From Stegostoma tigrinum (taxonomy: Eukaryota): DNA of 64,000 nucleotides. The notes beneath the pieces were generated by a model. That model saw nothing but the letters and a program-made list of their open reading frames with translations. It was not told the DNA's origin and ran no database searches. Shown in pieces: positions 25,367 to 38,597 of the stretch. Each line of letters opens with the position of its first letter. Positions within the stretch are counted from its first letter, which is position 1. Location of the stretch: positions 6,428,385 through 6,492,384 of the forward strand of contig NC_081398.1 of NCBI RefSeq assembly GCF_030684315.1. Direction: 5' to 3'. Position numbers and translations under genes: made by a program.

Positions 25367-25870
25367 TCCACTGCATACCAGAGGTCCACATCATCCAGCC
25401 AACTTTAGGTGCATTTAAGTCGTCATTGGATAAGCATATGGATGTACATGGAATATTGTAGGTTAGATGGGCTTGAGATCGGTATGATAGGTCGGCACAA
25501 CGTCGAGAGCCGAAGGGCCTGTACTGTGCTGTAATGTTCTATGTTCTATGTTCTATGTTCTCTCATTGTAAGCGAGGGAGAAGTTATCAAACTGAACTGT
25601 ACCTTGCGAACAGCAGTTATAAGCCTGGAAGAGCTCACCTTCACCTGGATGAGACGGGGTACTGAGGTTTCCGGCCATGTAATGGCTAATGTTTCTGAAA
25701 TGCTGCACTGTGACAGCCAGGACCCATGAGTCTCTGTGTTGGCTCATTTACCGACTCAATCCTCTGTCAAGTATCAAGCAAGGAAGTCTGAAGGATGCTG
25801 AGACCTACCAATGCCACATTGAAGTCCTCAAAGCCAGCTGATGGCAATGGATCTGTCCTGTCAATACAGG
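25367..25870 (+). pseudogene. Disrupted V-set Ig exon
   Basis: tatccag|TC; VHCIPEVHIIQP[CR1 insert]SLIVSEGEVIKLNCTL...FTWMR...DP*VSV...(frameshift)SIKQGSLKDAETYQCHIEVLK(frameshift)GNGSVLSIQ, then G|ctaagg where gtaagg is expected. B-strand C, C-strand W, DxxxYxC and the J-like GxG are recognisable. Confidence 0.85.
25402..25560 (+). mobile_element. Short young CR1 3' insertion inside the V exon
   Basis: Near-identical to 15661-15813; (atgttct)n tail; gcca microhomology at the 5' junction. Confidence 0.9.
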
Positions 25871-26404
25871 CTAAGGGCTCATTAACTCTTGATCTCCTCT
25901 TCCAAACACTTTTGTTCGCCTCTGTCTCAAATTGTGTTTGCCTCTTCTCTGCCCACTTCCTTCTAGCTTGCTTCTTCCCCTCTCTGCAAGTTGGGAACAC
26001 CCACCCAGTGTTTGGGGAGTGAGTGACTCCGGGCCGAACGACGGGATTTTAGGGGAGCAGCTGGGGAGGACAGAGTAAGTCGGCAAGCCAGTCAACTCCA
26101 AGGAGAGGTAACACAAACTCCCATCTCTGAATTCATTGCTGGAATATCACTGGAAGAAAACCAGAGAGTGCTGGAGAAACTCAGCAGGGTCAGGGAGCAT
26201 CAGTGGAGAGAGAAAAAAGAGTGAACATCTCAAGCCCAGTGATCCTTCTTCAGAGTGGATATGGGATATTTCACCGGGATGGATAAGGGTTTCTTTGTAG
26301 CCAATGCCAGATGTAATGTATTTAACCTGAAATGATTATTTCGAACACTTGAATGGATTGTCATTAACACTTTCAGATGGGTGGATCAATCAGTTCAGCA
26401 GTGC

Positions 26405-27190
26405 TGGAGTCGTAGAGTCACACAGCACGGAAACAGAACCTTCGGTCCAACTAGCCCATGCTGACCAGATTTCCAAAACTGAACTTGCCCCCTTGCCTGC
26501 ATTTGGCTCATAGCTCTCCACAGCCCTCCAAATGCCTTTTAAATGTTGTCATTTTACCCATGTCTACCACTTGCTCTGGCAGGACTGTCTGTTCACGCAC
26601 CACTCTCTGTGTGAAAATGTTGCCCCTCAGCTCCCTTTTAAATCTTCACCTTAAACCTATGCCCTCTAGTTCTGGGCTTCTCTATCCTGAGGGAAAAGAC
26701 CTTGTCTATTCACCCTATCCATGCCCCTCAGGATTTTACAAACCACTATATTTCAGCCCTCAGCCTCCAATTCTCCAGAAAAAATAATCCCAGCTTATCC
26801 AGTCTCTCCTGAGAACTCAAACCCTTCAGTCTTGGTAACATCTTTGTAAATCTTTCTTTGCACGCTTTAACATTTTACAACATCATTCCTATAACAGGGA
26901 GACCAGAATTGAATGCAGTATTCCAAAAGTGACTGAACCAATGTCCTGTACAGTCGCAACATGACCTCCCAGCTCCTATACTCAATGCACAGATCAATAA
27001 AGGCGAGCGCACCAAATGTCGTCTTCACTATCTTTTCTACCTGGGACTCCACCTTCAAGGACCCCAAGGTCTCTTTGTTCAGCAACACTCCCCACGGCCC
27101 TGCTACTCAGTGTACAAGTCCTGCCCTGATTTGCCTTTCCAAAACACAGCACCTCACATTTATCTAAACAAAACTCCATTTGCCACTCCT
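26405..27190 (-). mobile_element. CR1 LINE 3' fragment
   Basis: MEFCLDKCEVLCFG; LRLYRTLVQSLLEYCIQFWSP. Confidence 0.9.
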
Positions 27191-27444
27191 AACAGGATCT
27201 GTCTTTTGTTGGACTTGCTTGCAACCTGCACCAACAGCATAAAGACTCTTGTGCTGCAGTGGTAGTGTCCTGATGTCTAGCCTAGGAATCCTGGATTCAA
27301 GTCCCACAAGCCCCTGAGCAGTGATGCAATGTGTAAGGGAACTGTGGATTACAGGGAAGAAGCAGGAAAGTGGATGATCAGGTCATCCTGGATCTCTGTG
27401 AACAGAGACGAGGCTCAGTGGGTTGAATGGCCTTTGTCAGTTCT

Positions 27445-28124
27445 AGATGGCTCACCAGGAGAGTTAACACCCATGGAAAAGTGGGAGGCCGCAGTTCCAA
27501 AACACCGCGGCAATTGAAAAACTGATCAAAGCTCTGATGCGAAGGACCAGAGCATCTGTTCTGGCCTTGTAGATGCAACAGTCAAGAAGGCACAACAATG
27601 CGTCCTCTTCCTCAGTCAGCCCACAAAATTTGGCACGTCCATAAGGTCCCTCACAGACTCCTACAGATGCACCACTGAAAGCATACTGTCCGGGTGCATA
27701 ACAGCCTGGTACAGCAATTGCTCTGTCCGGGACCGTAAGAAAATACAGATGGTGGTGTGCACAGCCCAGACCATCAGGGAAGCCAACCTTCCATCTATGG
27801 ACTCTATTTTCATGGCTCGCTGCCAAGGAAATGGGTCCAATATTATCAAAGACCCATCCTACCCCAGTAATGATCTCCTGCAACCTCTTCTGACAGGCAG
27901 AAGATACAGAAGCCAGAACACACGCACAAACAGGTTCAAGAGCAGCTTCTTTCCGGCCGTTATCAAACTGTTGAGTGGACTCTTGCCTCAAATAATGCAA
28001 CCTGCATGCAGCCAAGTCTTTTTGAAGTGTACACCCTTTGATTGCTGTGATCTGCCTGTACCTCTCGTAAACAAAGCTTTCCATTGTATTTCCATACACG
28101 TGACAACAATGAAATCAATCAATC
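27445..28124 (+). mobile_element. Rex1/Babar-like LINE 3' fragment
   Basis: YRCTTESILSGCITAWYSNC...RTNRFKSSFFPAVIKLL; (aatc)n tail. Confidence 0.8.
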
Positions 28125-28230
28125 ACCTCACACCCCTCAGTTCTTTCTCCTAACCTTTCTTTCCTATCACATCTTCCCCTTTCTGTCAGCGGCTGATTCA
28201 CATTGTATTGTTCTTTTGGCAAGGTGTTAG

Positions 28231-28371
28231 CAAAACAGATTTCTCTTTTCGGAAATAGGACACCAAGCTCCTTGTTCCTTGCTGTGCTGTTTGCAGTTGC
28301 AACCTCAGTTTTGCTGCTAGTCTTCATCATTGCTTGTTTGAGCTACATTCTGGTGTCAAAATGGAACAAAG
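28231..28371 (+). pseudogene. Transmembrane exon of the Ig receptor pseudogene (5' boundary uncertain)
   Basis: RTPSSLFLAVLFAVATSVLLLVFIIACLSYILVSKWNK G|gtgaat; no charged residue in the TM. Confidence 0.65.
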
Positions 28372-28499
28372 GTGAATCGAATCTCACTTGATAGTTGTGG
28401 TGATGAATATTTTTCACGTTGCTTTATTTTGGGGATCGGTAAACTCTGCCTGCAATAGGCTGTCTAGAAATGAGGGCTCAAATCTCACATAAACCAAAA

Positions 28500-28875
28500 T
28501 CAAAGCTCCCTCCACACTGCCCACCCAATCAAACTCTCCTAGGACAGGGACAGCATAGGGTTGGGTCCAGCGTAAAGGTCTCAACACTGTCTCCAATCAA
28601 ACACTCCCAGGACAGGGACAGCACAGGGTTAGGTACAGAGTTTAGCTCTCTCAACACTGTCCTCATCAAACACTCCCAGTACAGGGACTGCACAGGATTA
28701 GATACAGAGTAAAGCTCCCTTTACACTGTTCCCATCAAACACTCCCAGGACAGGGACAGCACGTGGTAAGATACAGAGTAAAGCTCCCTCTGCACTGTCC
28801 CCCTTCAAACACTCCCAGCATGGGGACAGCATGGGGTTAGATACAGGGTAAAGTTAACTCTACACTGCCCCCATA
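28500..28875. repeat. ~68-bp satellite array
   Basis: Five to six units, same as 14997-16320. Confidence 0.85.
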
Positions 28876-28876
28876 G

Positions 28877-29055
28877 TCAGAGAGTGAGTGCTGAGGGAAT
28901 GCCACACTGTTGGAGAGTCAGTACTGAGGGTGTGCCACGCTGTCAGAGGGTCAGTTGTGAGGGAGTGGACACTGTCGGACACTCAGGGCTGACGGAGGTC
29001 TGCACCATAACAGAGGCTATCTTTCAAAGGAGACATTAAACTGGGTCACCTGTCT
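28877..29055 (+). repeat. ~33-bp tandem repeat leading into a Deu-SINE-like core
   Basis: gtcagtgctgagggagtgccacactgtcggag units, then ctttcaaaggagacattaaac. Confidence 0.6.
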
Positions 29056-29086
29056 ACCTCTTTGAGTAAGGTTACAACATCCTGTG

Positions 29087-29630
29087 GCAGTTTTTGGGCA
29101 TATACAATTGTATTGGGACTGCAACTAACTGCTCTGTCATGTATAATATAAACTGGCAATTTGGACATAATATTCAGCTGCTTCAGCAATGATCTCTCCA
29201 GCATAAGGTCAGAAGTGATCATGTTCATCACCATTCGCAACTCCTCCAATACTGCAGCAGACAATATCCAAAGCACTTGACTTGACTGATACACCAGCAC
29301 CCAACCTTGAGCATTCACTCTCTCCTGAGACAGCACCTTCCAAACACTTGACCACTTCCATCTAGAAGGCAAGGGCAGCAGATACATTGGAACACCAGCC
29401 CCTTGAACTTCTCCTCTGATCTGTTCACCATCCTGACTTGGAAATATATCAGCCACCCCTTTAGTGTCAGTGTCACTGGCCTGGAATTCCCTCTCTAACG
29501 ACACAGTATGGGTGTCCCTACACCACATGGACTACAGTGGTTCAAGAAGGCAGCTCATCCCCACCTTCTCAAGGGGCAGCTAGGAATGGGCGTTAACCCC
29601 TGGACCAGCTAGCGATGTCCACACCCCACA
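29087..29630 (+). mobile_element. L2/CR1-clade LINE 3' fragment
   Basis: Homologous to 17167-17555. Confidence 0.65.
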
Positions 29631-30544
29631 TGTTGCATGGAGGGTCAGTGCTGCACTGGGAAGGGTCAGCTTTGATTTTTCTGCTTGAGGTCTGAAGGGG
29701 AGTCAGAGGAAGGCATGTGCCTTGAACCAGGAATCCTGAGGCTCAGAAATATGAGATATAGCTCTGACAAATATTAATGGAACAAATTTTAACATTCGTG
29801 CTTAGTCATTTATATTTTCTAATATTTCGCCATCTTCAAAACATCTTTTTTTGGAGCCAAAAAATTTGCTGAACTAAATATTCTGACTTTTAATAAAAGA
29901 TTTGTGTTTGTATATTAGTCATAGTATATTGTACACATATAGTATATGAGGGGCCTGTCTATGAATAGAATAGATTATCTTTTAATGTCACATGTAGTCC
30001 ATACTCTATTGCAGAAGTGCAGTGAAAATATTTTCCAATATTTACTTCTTATGGTACCATCTCAGGTGCCAGTACCTAGGCACAAATTTTGAATACAAAA
30101 GAGGGGTAAAAAGTAGTTGCATTACTTTACAGAGTTTAAAATATAAATCAACATTAAAGGATTGGTATTACATTCAGAAAAATAGTTTAAATGGACACTA
30201 CACAGTAGCAGTCCAGCACAGGGCCTCCACCAATGATCTGACCACCAGCACCAGGTCCCAGTCCAACAGCCATCCCCACTCCATTCCAAGCCTCTGTCCA
30301 CTCCGTACTGGCACTCGGCTACTCCAATGTAAGTTCCAGGGCTGCCTCCCCTGCGCCAGTCCCCACCTGGGCCTCGCTGCCTGTGTGCTGTTCCAGGAAT
30401 CGCTCCCTACATGCTGGTTCAGGACTCCCTGCCCCTGTGCTGTTCCAGAGTCTGCTGCCCACACACTACGCTGGGGCACACCACCTGCCCGCTCCAGGAC
30501 TGGCAGCCCACGCTATTCCGGGACTTGCAGCCAACGCAGGAAAG

Positions 30545-31350
30545 ATTGAGCAATTTAGGCTTATACTCTGTAGAGTTTAGAAGAATGAGATCTAATTGCA
30601 GTCTGTAAGATGCTTAAGGGAGTTGGCAAAATAGAAGCAGAGAAGATATTTCCTCATCTGGTTGAGAGTTGACCTTATAGAGGTCTATAAAATCATGAGG
30701 GGTATAGATAGGTTGAATGGGAAGTGTCTTTTCCCTAGGGTGGGGGATATTAAGACTATTTTTAAAGTGAGAGGAGAGAGATTTAAAAGAGACAAGGCCT
30801 GCCAAAATTTTTTATGCAGAAGATGGTTTGCATGCGGAATGAACTTCCTGAGGAAGTGGTGGATATGGGCACAGTTGCAATGTTTAAAAGACATTTGGAT
30901 AAATACATGAATAGGAAAATTTTGGAGGGATATGGGCCAGGAGCAGGCCGGTGGGATTAGTTTAGTTTGGGATTATGGTTGGCACTGGTTAGGCCAAAGG
31001 GTCTGTTTCCGTGCTGTGTGATTCTATGACTCTATGACTCTATGTGAGCCATTCTAGAACAAAAGATCATAGTTTTAGGATGAGGGGTAGCAGATTTAAA
31101 ATAGAGATGAGGAGGAATTACTTCTCTCAAGGGTCAGGAATCTGAGGAATTCACTCCCTCAGAGTGCAATAGATACCAGGGTACTGAGTTAATTTAAGGA
31201 AGAGACAGAGTTTTCATTAGTAATGTGGTTAGAGGTTATGGGGAGTGGATAGGGAAGTGGAACTGAGGCCAAGATGAGATCAGCCATGATTGTATTGAAT
31301 GGCAGGGCAGGCTCGATGGGCTGAATGGCCTACTCTTGCTTCCAGTCTTT
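30545..31350 (+). mobile_element. Nested CR1 3' fragments (younger ~30660-31043 inside an older copy)
   Basis: DLIEVYKIMRGIDR; internal (ctatgact)n tail; older CR1 sequence resumes at ~31045. Confidence 0.8.
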
Positions 31351-31860
31351 ATGAAGTATTACTGTACACTCATCTAAGAGTAAACCAAAGTGACATCGAG
31401 CCAGAAGGGATGGTATTAAACCAGACACAAAGTCTCCTCTTTGTTTGCTCATTTAATTACAGGATACTGAATTACAAATGCCTGCCTCCTGCATAATAAA
31501 CTGAGTGTCCCAGCAATCTCTCTTTACAAGTGCTCTGAGTCCTTAATTCACTAATTCTTTTGCATCATAAGAATGGGATTAAGATTCCATTAACCATAGA
31601 TTAGTGACTCACAGGCAATTCGCCAGCTCTCCCATCACTGGAAAACAATTTGCTTTCAACCTTTGAAATAAATCTGAGTTTTCGTGACAGTGACCAGGAA
31701 GTTGTTATAAAAACCCACGTGTTGCACTCATGTCCTTTAAGGAATGAAATCTGCCTTCCTTAACCAGTCTGCTCTACCTGTGACCCCAACCATGTAGCCT
31801 CACTGTTGACTCCTTATGCCCTCTAAAGTGGACAGGCCATCCATTCAGTTTCAAGGGTAA

Positions 31861-32480
31861 TGTGATGGCTTTTCAGAGATCATTTTGTCCTGGTTTCTTT
31901 TATGAGAGAAATTGATCGAGAGGCGCCTAGCTGCCTACTAAAAATCATTTGAGTAAACTGCTTGGAAAGCCTTAGTTTTTTTTAATGCAGCCTAAATGGG
32001 TGTGGCCAGCTCTCACAGATCACGATTTCTGAGCAGCATCAGAAGCTGTTGGGGTCTCTAAAGAGTTGAAAGCTTCAGTGAATGTTTCCTGGCTGCCCCT
32101 CTCTCTCAATTTTCTCTTGATGTTTTCTTTTTGTCTTCTTGGATTGGAGAACTGCATGTGAGAATCTGTGTCAGAATTTTTCTTTTTGCCAAGGGGTGTA
32201 TTTATGGGATGTTGCTATATTGGAACAGCTAATTTAGTGATAGCTGTCGTATCTATTATTCTGTTAAGTTTTCTAATTGAGTTAAGTTATTCTAAGTTTT
32301 TCCTTCTTTTTATTTTAACTACAGCGTTTAAAATAAATTATGTTTTGGCTAACATTGAGTAGTTTGACAAGTCGCATTGCATCTGGAACAGAGCACTTCA
32401 CTCTACCTTTAACATAAGGAAATGTTAGGGTCTAAGCTACAGTCTTTTTGAGGGCGTCTAGTCTGGCCTGGTCCATAACT
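31861..32480 (+). mobile_element. Solo LTR (620 bp) inserted in a SINE
   Basis: Starts TGT, ends ataact (ataaca expected); flanked by gtaa/gtag; internal AATAAA; splits the SINE motif tcaagggcaa|ttaggga. Confidence 0.7.
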
Positions 32481-33039
32481 GTAGTTAGGGACAGGCAATA
32501 TTGACTGGCCCTATCAATGATGTCCAGATCCCATGAATACACAGAGGCAGTTGAAGGTCTTCAAACAGATCCATTAAACTGCTAGATTAGTGCAGATTGC
32601 AAAGCAGGGGATGAAACTCTCTTTCTGTCTCTTTCTCCCCACTATCTCGTTTTAATCTGAAGTTTGTGTGTTATTCTCTGTGCCCTTGGGCCTAAACATG
32701 CTCTGACCAATCCAATTCTTATGTAAATAATTGGCCACAGGTCGCCTGCTTTGTTCTTGTTTGTAATTCCTGCATCCTGCACCATTCGCCTGAAGCTACC
32801 TTCCGGAGAGTTCTTTTCCCCGAACCACCCTCTGCAATATCCAGCGGGCAGCAATGAGTCCTGGGACATCATTGAATGATGCAACAGGCTTGAGGGGCTG
32901 AATGGCCCACTCCTACGCCTATTTTCTGGGTTTCTATCCCACTCCAGGGTTGCTTCTGTTTAACACTTGAACCTCATTGTCACGCTCTTTGTCTGCAGGA
33001 ACTCCTCAGGACAAGACACTAAGGTGAGAGGCTCAGTAC

Positions 33040-33655
33040 CTGGATATTACTAAACTAAGAAGGGTTCAAAAAAGATTTACCAGGATGTTGTAGGGACTGG
33101 AGGGTTTGAGTTGTAAGAAGAAGCTGGGACATTTTTCCACTGGAGCATAGGAGGTTAATGGGTGACCTTATAGCGGTTTATAAAATCATGAGAAACATAG
33201 ATAAGGTGCATAACAAAACTCCTTTCTCTCAGTTGGGGGTGTCCAAAATTAGAGGACGTAGGTTTAAGGTCAGAGGGGAAAGATTTAAAAGGGACTCGAG
33301 GTGCAACACAGAGGGTGGTGCATGTTTGGAAGAGCTGCCAGAGGAAGTGGTGGAGGCTGCTACAATCACAACATTTAAAAGACATTTGGACAGGGACATG
33401 AATAGGAAGGGTTAGGAGAGATATAGGCCAAATGCTGGCAAATGAAACTGGGCTAATTCCGGATATCTGGTTGGCATGGACAAGTGGCCCAAAGGATCTG
33501 TTTGTGGCTCAATGACATTTGATTAAGCATGTGAATAGGAAAGGTTCGGAAGGATATGAGCCAAATGCAGGAAAATGGGACCAGATTAGGTTGGGAAACT
33601 CGGTTGGCATGGACGAATTGGACCAAAGGGTCTGTTCTGTGCTGTATGCCATTAT
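33040..33655 (+). mobile_element. CR1 LINE 3' fragment with a duplicated tail
   Basis: GDLIAVYKIMRNIDK...TFKRHLDRDM; the tail occurs twice. Confidence 0.8.
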
Positions 33656-34142
33656 AACCCGGGATTGAATCCCGCCACGGCAGATGGGTGGAATCCGAAT
33701 TCAATAAATATTTGGGTCCAACTGTTGGGGAGGAAAAAAAATACTACCTGGTTCACTAATGTCCTTCAGGGAAGGAAATCTGCCATCCTCAAACGATCTG
33801 GCCCACACATGACACCAGAAACACTGCAATGTGGTTGGCACAGAAAGCTAGCCCACATCCCATGAACGAATAAAAATAAAAGCAAGCGCAGTGAGCATCG
33901 ACAATAAGCAGGCGCAGATAATCACAGAAACATAGAACTGAATCTCAGGAGAATCATTAACAGCAGAGCATAGCCCATTGGTCAAAAAACCTGGTGAGAA
34001 TGATAAAGTTGAAGTTAATGGTAGTTTCTCAGAGTGGCAGCTAACAGTATCCTATGTGATCCAGGCCATTCAGTTTTGACAAACAACCCCGAATAACCTC
34101 CAGCAACTCTGTTGCAAATTGTCGTAATGAATTATTAGTTTA

Positions 34143-34725
34143 GTGTCACACAGTATGGAAATGGACCCTTCAGCCCAACCAGTCCATGCCGACCATAATC
34201 CAAAACTAAACTAGTCCCACCTACCTGTACTTGGCCCAAATCCTTCCAAACCTTTCTCCATCATGAGCTTATCCAAATTTCTTTTAAATGTTGTAACTGC
34301 ACCTGCATCCACCACTTCCTCTGGAAGTTTATTCCATACACAAACCACACTGTGTATAAAAAGGTTGCCCCTCATTTACTTTTTAAATCTTTCTCCTCTC
34401 ACCTCAAAAATATGCCCTGTAGTCCTAAAATCTCCCTCTCTGAGGAAAAGAAGCCTACAACCAATTCTATCTATACTCTTCATGATTATATAAACTCTAA
34501 AAGGCCACCCCATCAATGCTCCAGTGGAAAATTTCCCAGCCTATCCAGCCACTCCTTATAACTCAAACCTTCCCTTCCTGGCAACATCCTGGCAAATCTC
34601 TTCTGAACCTTCTCCAGTTTAATAATATCCTTCCTATCACAAGGAGACAAGAGCTGGACGCAGTATTCCAGAAGAGGCCTCACCAATGTCCTGTGCAGCC
34701 TCAACATTACTTCCTAACTCCTAAG
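34143..34725 (-). mobile_element. CR1 LINE 3' fragment
   Basis: LRLHRTLVRPLLEYCVQ...KVQKRFARMLPG. Confidence 0.9.
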
Positions 34726-35004
34726 CTTCCTCAACTCTTGACTGTAAAAACACTTACTGACTGCACCCTCACTGTTGAGCTTCCGGGTTGAAATTCAACT
34801 CTAGACCCTGAGCTCCAAAATCTCAGCTAATATTCCGGTGTGTGGGACTAACGGAGAACTGCACTGGAGGAAGGGTCAGTTTTTGGATGAGGCATGAGCT
34901 GATGTCCCAGGCTCCTGCTCAACTGATGATCCCAAGGCTATACATCAACAAAGAGAAGTGAGAGTGCTCTCCCTCCCCCAGTATCTCTGGTCAATAATAC
35001 CTCT

Positions 35005-36480
35005 TGAATGTCACGCCAAGGAAAGACAATCTGGTAGCGACCATATTTGGTACAAAATTGGCTTGACAAGTGAGGGACAGAGAGTGGTGGCAGAGGGTTG
35101 CTGTTCAGCCTGGATCCCCATGTCCAGTGGTGCACCACAAGGATTGGTGCTGGATCCATTGTAATTCATCATTTCTACAACCATTTAGGTGAGGATATCA
35201 GAGACATGGTGAGTAAGTTTGCAGATGACACCAAAACTGTTGGTGCACTGGACAGTGAACAAGGTTATCTGAGAGCATAATGGGGTCTTGATCAGCTGGG
35301 CCAGTGGGCCAAGGAGTGGCAGATAGAGTTTCATTTGGATAAATGCGAGGTGTTGTGCCTTGGTAAAACAAACAAGAGCAGGACCTATACACTTAATAGT
35401 CATGTTCTGGAGAGTGTTGTCGAGCAAAGAGACCGAGGGGAGCAGGTACATGGCTCTTTGAAAGTGGCATCATAGGAAGGCAGGGCAAAAAAAAAGTGTT
35501 CAGCGTGGTTTCCTTCATCGGTCAGAGCATTGAGTACCATTGTTGGGATGTCATGTTATGGCTGCTCTGGATATTGGTGAGGTCACCTTTGAAGTGCTGT
35601 GTACAATTCTGGTCACCCTGACCTTGGAAGGATACTATTAAAGGATAAGGGGTGCAGAAAAGATTTACAAGAACGTTCCAGCAACTGTAGGTTTTGAGTC
35701 ATAAGGAAAAGCTGTATAGGCTGGGATTTGTTTTCCCTGGAGCATTAGAGGGTGATCTTGACCTTATAGAGGTTCATGAGATCATGAGAGGCATAGATAG
35801 GTTGAAAAGCCAAGGTCTTTTCCCCAGAGTAGGGAGTCCAAACTAAAAGGCATATTTTTAAGGTGAGAGAGGAAATAATTAGAAGGGACCTGAGGGGCAA
35901 CACTTTCACACAAAGGGTGCTGTATATGGAGTGAGCTGATAGCAAAAGTGGTAGAGGCTGGTAAAATGGCAACATTTAAAAGACATTTGGACAGGTACAG
36001 GGAGAGAAAAAGGATAAGAACATAAGAACTAGGGCCAGGAGTGGGCCATCCGGCCCCTCGAGCCTGCCCCGCCATTTAATAAGATCATGGCTGATGTTTT
36101 TGAGACTCAGCTCCACTTTCCCGCCCACTCACCATAACCCTTAATTCCTTTACTCTTCAAAAATTGACCTAGCCTTGCCTTAAAAAACATTCAGTGAGGT
36201 AACTTCAACCACTTCACTGGGCATGGAATTCCACGGATTCACAACCCTTTGGGTGAAGAAGTTCCTCCTGACCTCAGTCCTACACCTGCTTCCCTTTATT
36301 TTGAGGCAATGCCCCCTAGTCCCAGTTTCACCTGCTAGCGGAAACAACCTCCCTGCCTCCACCTTACCTATTCCCTCACCTTATCTATGGAATAAGGGCC
36401 AAAGGCCTGCAAATCAGAAACCAAGTTGGCATGGATGAGTTGGGCTGAAGGGCCTGTTTCCATGCTGTATTATTCTCTGA
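35005..36480 (+). mobile_element. CR1 RT fragment with a nested minus-strand CR1 tail (36016-36371)
   Basis: SGAPQGLVLDP and VSKFADDTK; the nested piece matches 60900-61250. Confidence 0.9.
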
Positions 36481-36640
36481 CTCCATGCTTGTGGGATCTT
36501 GCTGAGCATGAACTGACAGATGCGTGTCCCACAGGACTGCAGTGCAGATTCAATTGCCTTGAAAAGACCAGCAGTCACATAAGGTGCTACATAAATGCAA
36601 GTTTTTCTCTGTTTGGAATGCACTCTCTCTTTTTCAACAG

Positions 36641-36703
36641 GTTGTAGGATCAGCGCTCCTCAGGGTAGAGGCAAAATGCAGGAACGAATGAGCAAGAGGA
36701 TGA
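36641..36703 (+). pseudogene. Putative cytoplasmic exon (phase 1-1)
   Basis: ctctctctttttcaacag|...GATGA|gtaagt; only phase 1 is open: CRISAPQGRGKMQERMSKRM. Confidence 0.5.
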
Positions 36704-38114
36704 GTAAGTAGCTCATATACAGAGCTCTGTCAGTCTGCTCAAATGAAGACTACTTTATTTGCCCCATTGCATCTCTGGCTAAATTACCACTGGCGCTCAG
36801 CTGAGGGCATGCTACGTTGTTAGAGATGCCCCCTTCCAGCTGAGAGTGGCAACCAATTATGCTTTGGTAGACATAAATATGTTCCTGGCTGCGATCTTCA
36901 GGAAGAGCCGAGGAGCCTTCCTGAGTCTTTAGAGATTATTTACCCCCTCCCTTGACATTACAAGAGAGCAAAAATGCCACAAATTGCTGCTTCCCTGATC
37001 TGACTGGGTGCAAATAGACTGCTGGATATCCTACATTACACCTTGGAAGGATCTTCACTGGCCGAGCTGTCTGGCACTCACAAGGGTAGCTATATAAACG
37101 TAGGACTTTCTTTCCACATCATTCTAAGGTGAGGGATTCATGAGGATGATCCCTGGTATGGAGAGATTGTCTTATGAGCCAAGGTTAAACAGGTTGGGAC
37201 TCTAGAAGAATGAGAGGTGATCTCATTGAAATATATCAGATCCTTATGGATTAATGCTGAGAGGATGTTTCCCTACATGAGAGAGTCCAGGACAGGAGGG
37301 CACAGTCCCAGAATAAAGGGATGTCCATTTCAGACAGAAATGTGGAAGAATTTCTTCTCTCAGAGTCTTTGGAAATCCTTGCCACAGTGATCTGTGGGGG
37401 CAGAGACCTTGTGTAAATTGAAGGCTGACATAGATTCTTGATCAGTCGGGGAATTAAGGGTTATGGGGCAGGGCAGGAAAGTGGACGTGAGAAATGTTGG
37501 ATCAGCCACAGTCCTATTGAATGGTGGAGCAGGCTCAATGGGCCGCACTGCCAAATCCTGTTCCCATTTCTCGTCCCTTATGGCCCCATGAGCTCAGCAG
37601 ATATGCTAGAAAGTTGTTTTCTAAGTCCCTAGGTCCTGTAATGTCAATTTAACTCAGGGAGAGGTCATGAACTCTCTATGGATTAATGAGATATGCAATT
37701 GCAGTTATGAACTCTGCTATAACAATGGTGGCTGTGGCTAGAGGTGTGAGGAGTGATGTAAGTGTTCGCTTTTAATAACATCTTGCTGCTTAAGACCGCA
37801 GGCTGTTATACTTCATGTAAAGGAGAGAACCAGAACCAATCTGTACACAGTTATACACTTATTTGCAGAGTAAGAGATTACACCTCCTAACTCTAAGATA
37901 AAAGCCCAATTTAATGCTTTTCACCTCAATATAATTAAACATACTTAGCGCGTTATTAAACAGTGCTTCTCTTCCTTAAATGGTCAGTAGGATTAGAGCA
38001 TAACTCAAGTTCAAGCATATCTGTATCTTAACTCCAGTTTCCAGTTGTGGTTTTGTTGGGCTTCTTTACTAGACAGGTACACTGGAGTGGTTGAAGTGAA
38101 AGGGGAGTTATTTT

Positions 38115-38445
38115 TATTCATTAATGGGTTAAGGGCATCACTGGCTAGGCAGCATTTATTGCCAATCCCTAATTTCCTAGAGGGCAGTTAAGAATCAGCC
38201 ACATTGCTATACACCTGACCAAGTAAAAATGGCAGTTGCTTCCCGAAAGGACATTAGTGAACCAGATGGGTTCTTCCCAACAATCAGCAATGGATCCACA
38301 GCTGTCATTAGATTCTAAATTTCAGAAATTTTATTGAATTCAAATTCCACCATCTGCCGTGGCGAGATTTGAACCCAGGTTGCCAGAACACTACCTGGGT
38401 CTCTGCGTTAAGAGTCCAGCCATAATACCACTAGGCCATCACCTC
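38115..38445 (-). mobile_element. SINE family B
   Basis: Well-preserved copy of the 4480/19140 family. Confidence 0.75.
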
Positions 38446-38597
38446 TCCATGTATAGGAGTTGTCCAAGTACATAAGGGAGATAGGAATGTTGACCGATGG
38501 GTTGAGAGGAAGGAATGGTGTGAGCAGGATTGTGTGGAGTATAGCTTAATGTTTATAGGTCACTTAAATTCATTGTAGTTTTATCGAACATCCATTC

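Noticed and set aside
30022-30549. 175-aa ORF
   Set aside because: Compositionally patchy, C-rich degenerate repeat-like sequence with no domain or splice support.
32999-33023. 25-nt micro-exon candidate (tctgcag|...AAG|gtgaga) in the plus-strand pseudogene
   Set aside because: Splice sites are good, but it shifts phase 1 to 2 and puts a stop in the next exon; cannot be supported without cDNA.
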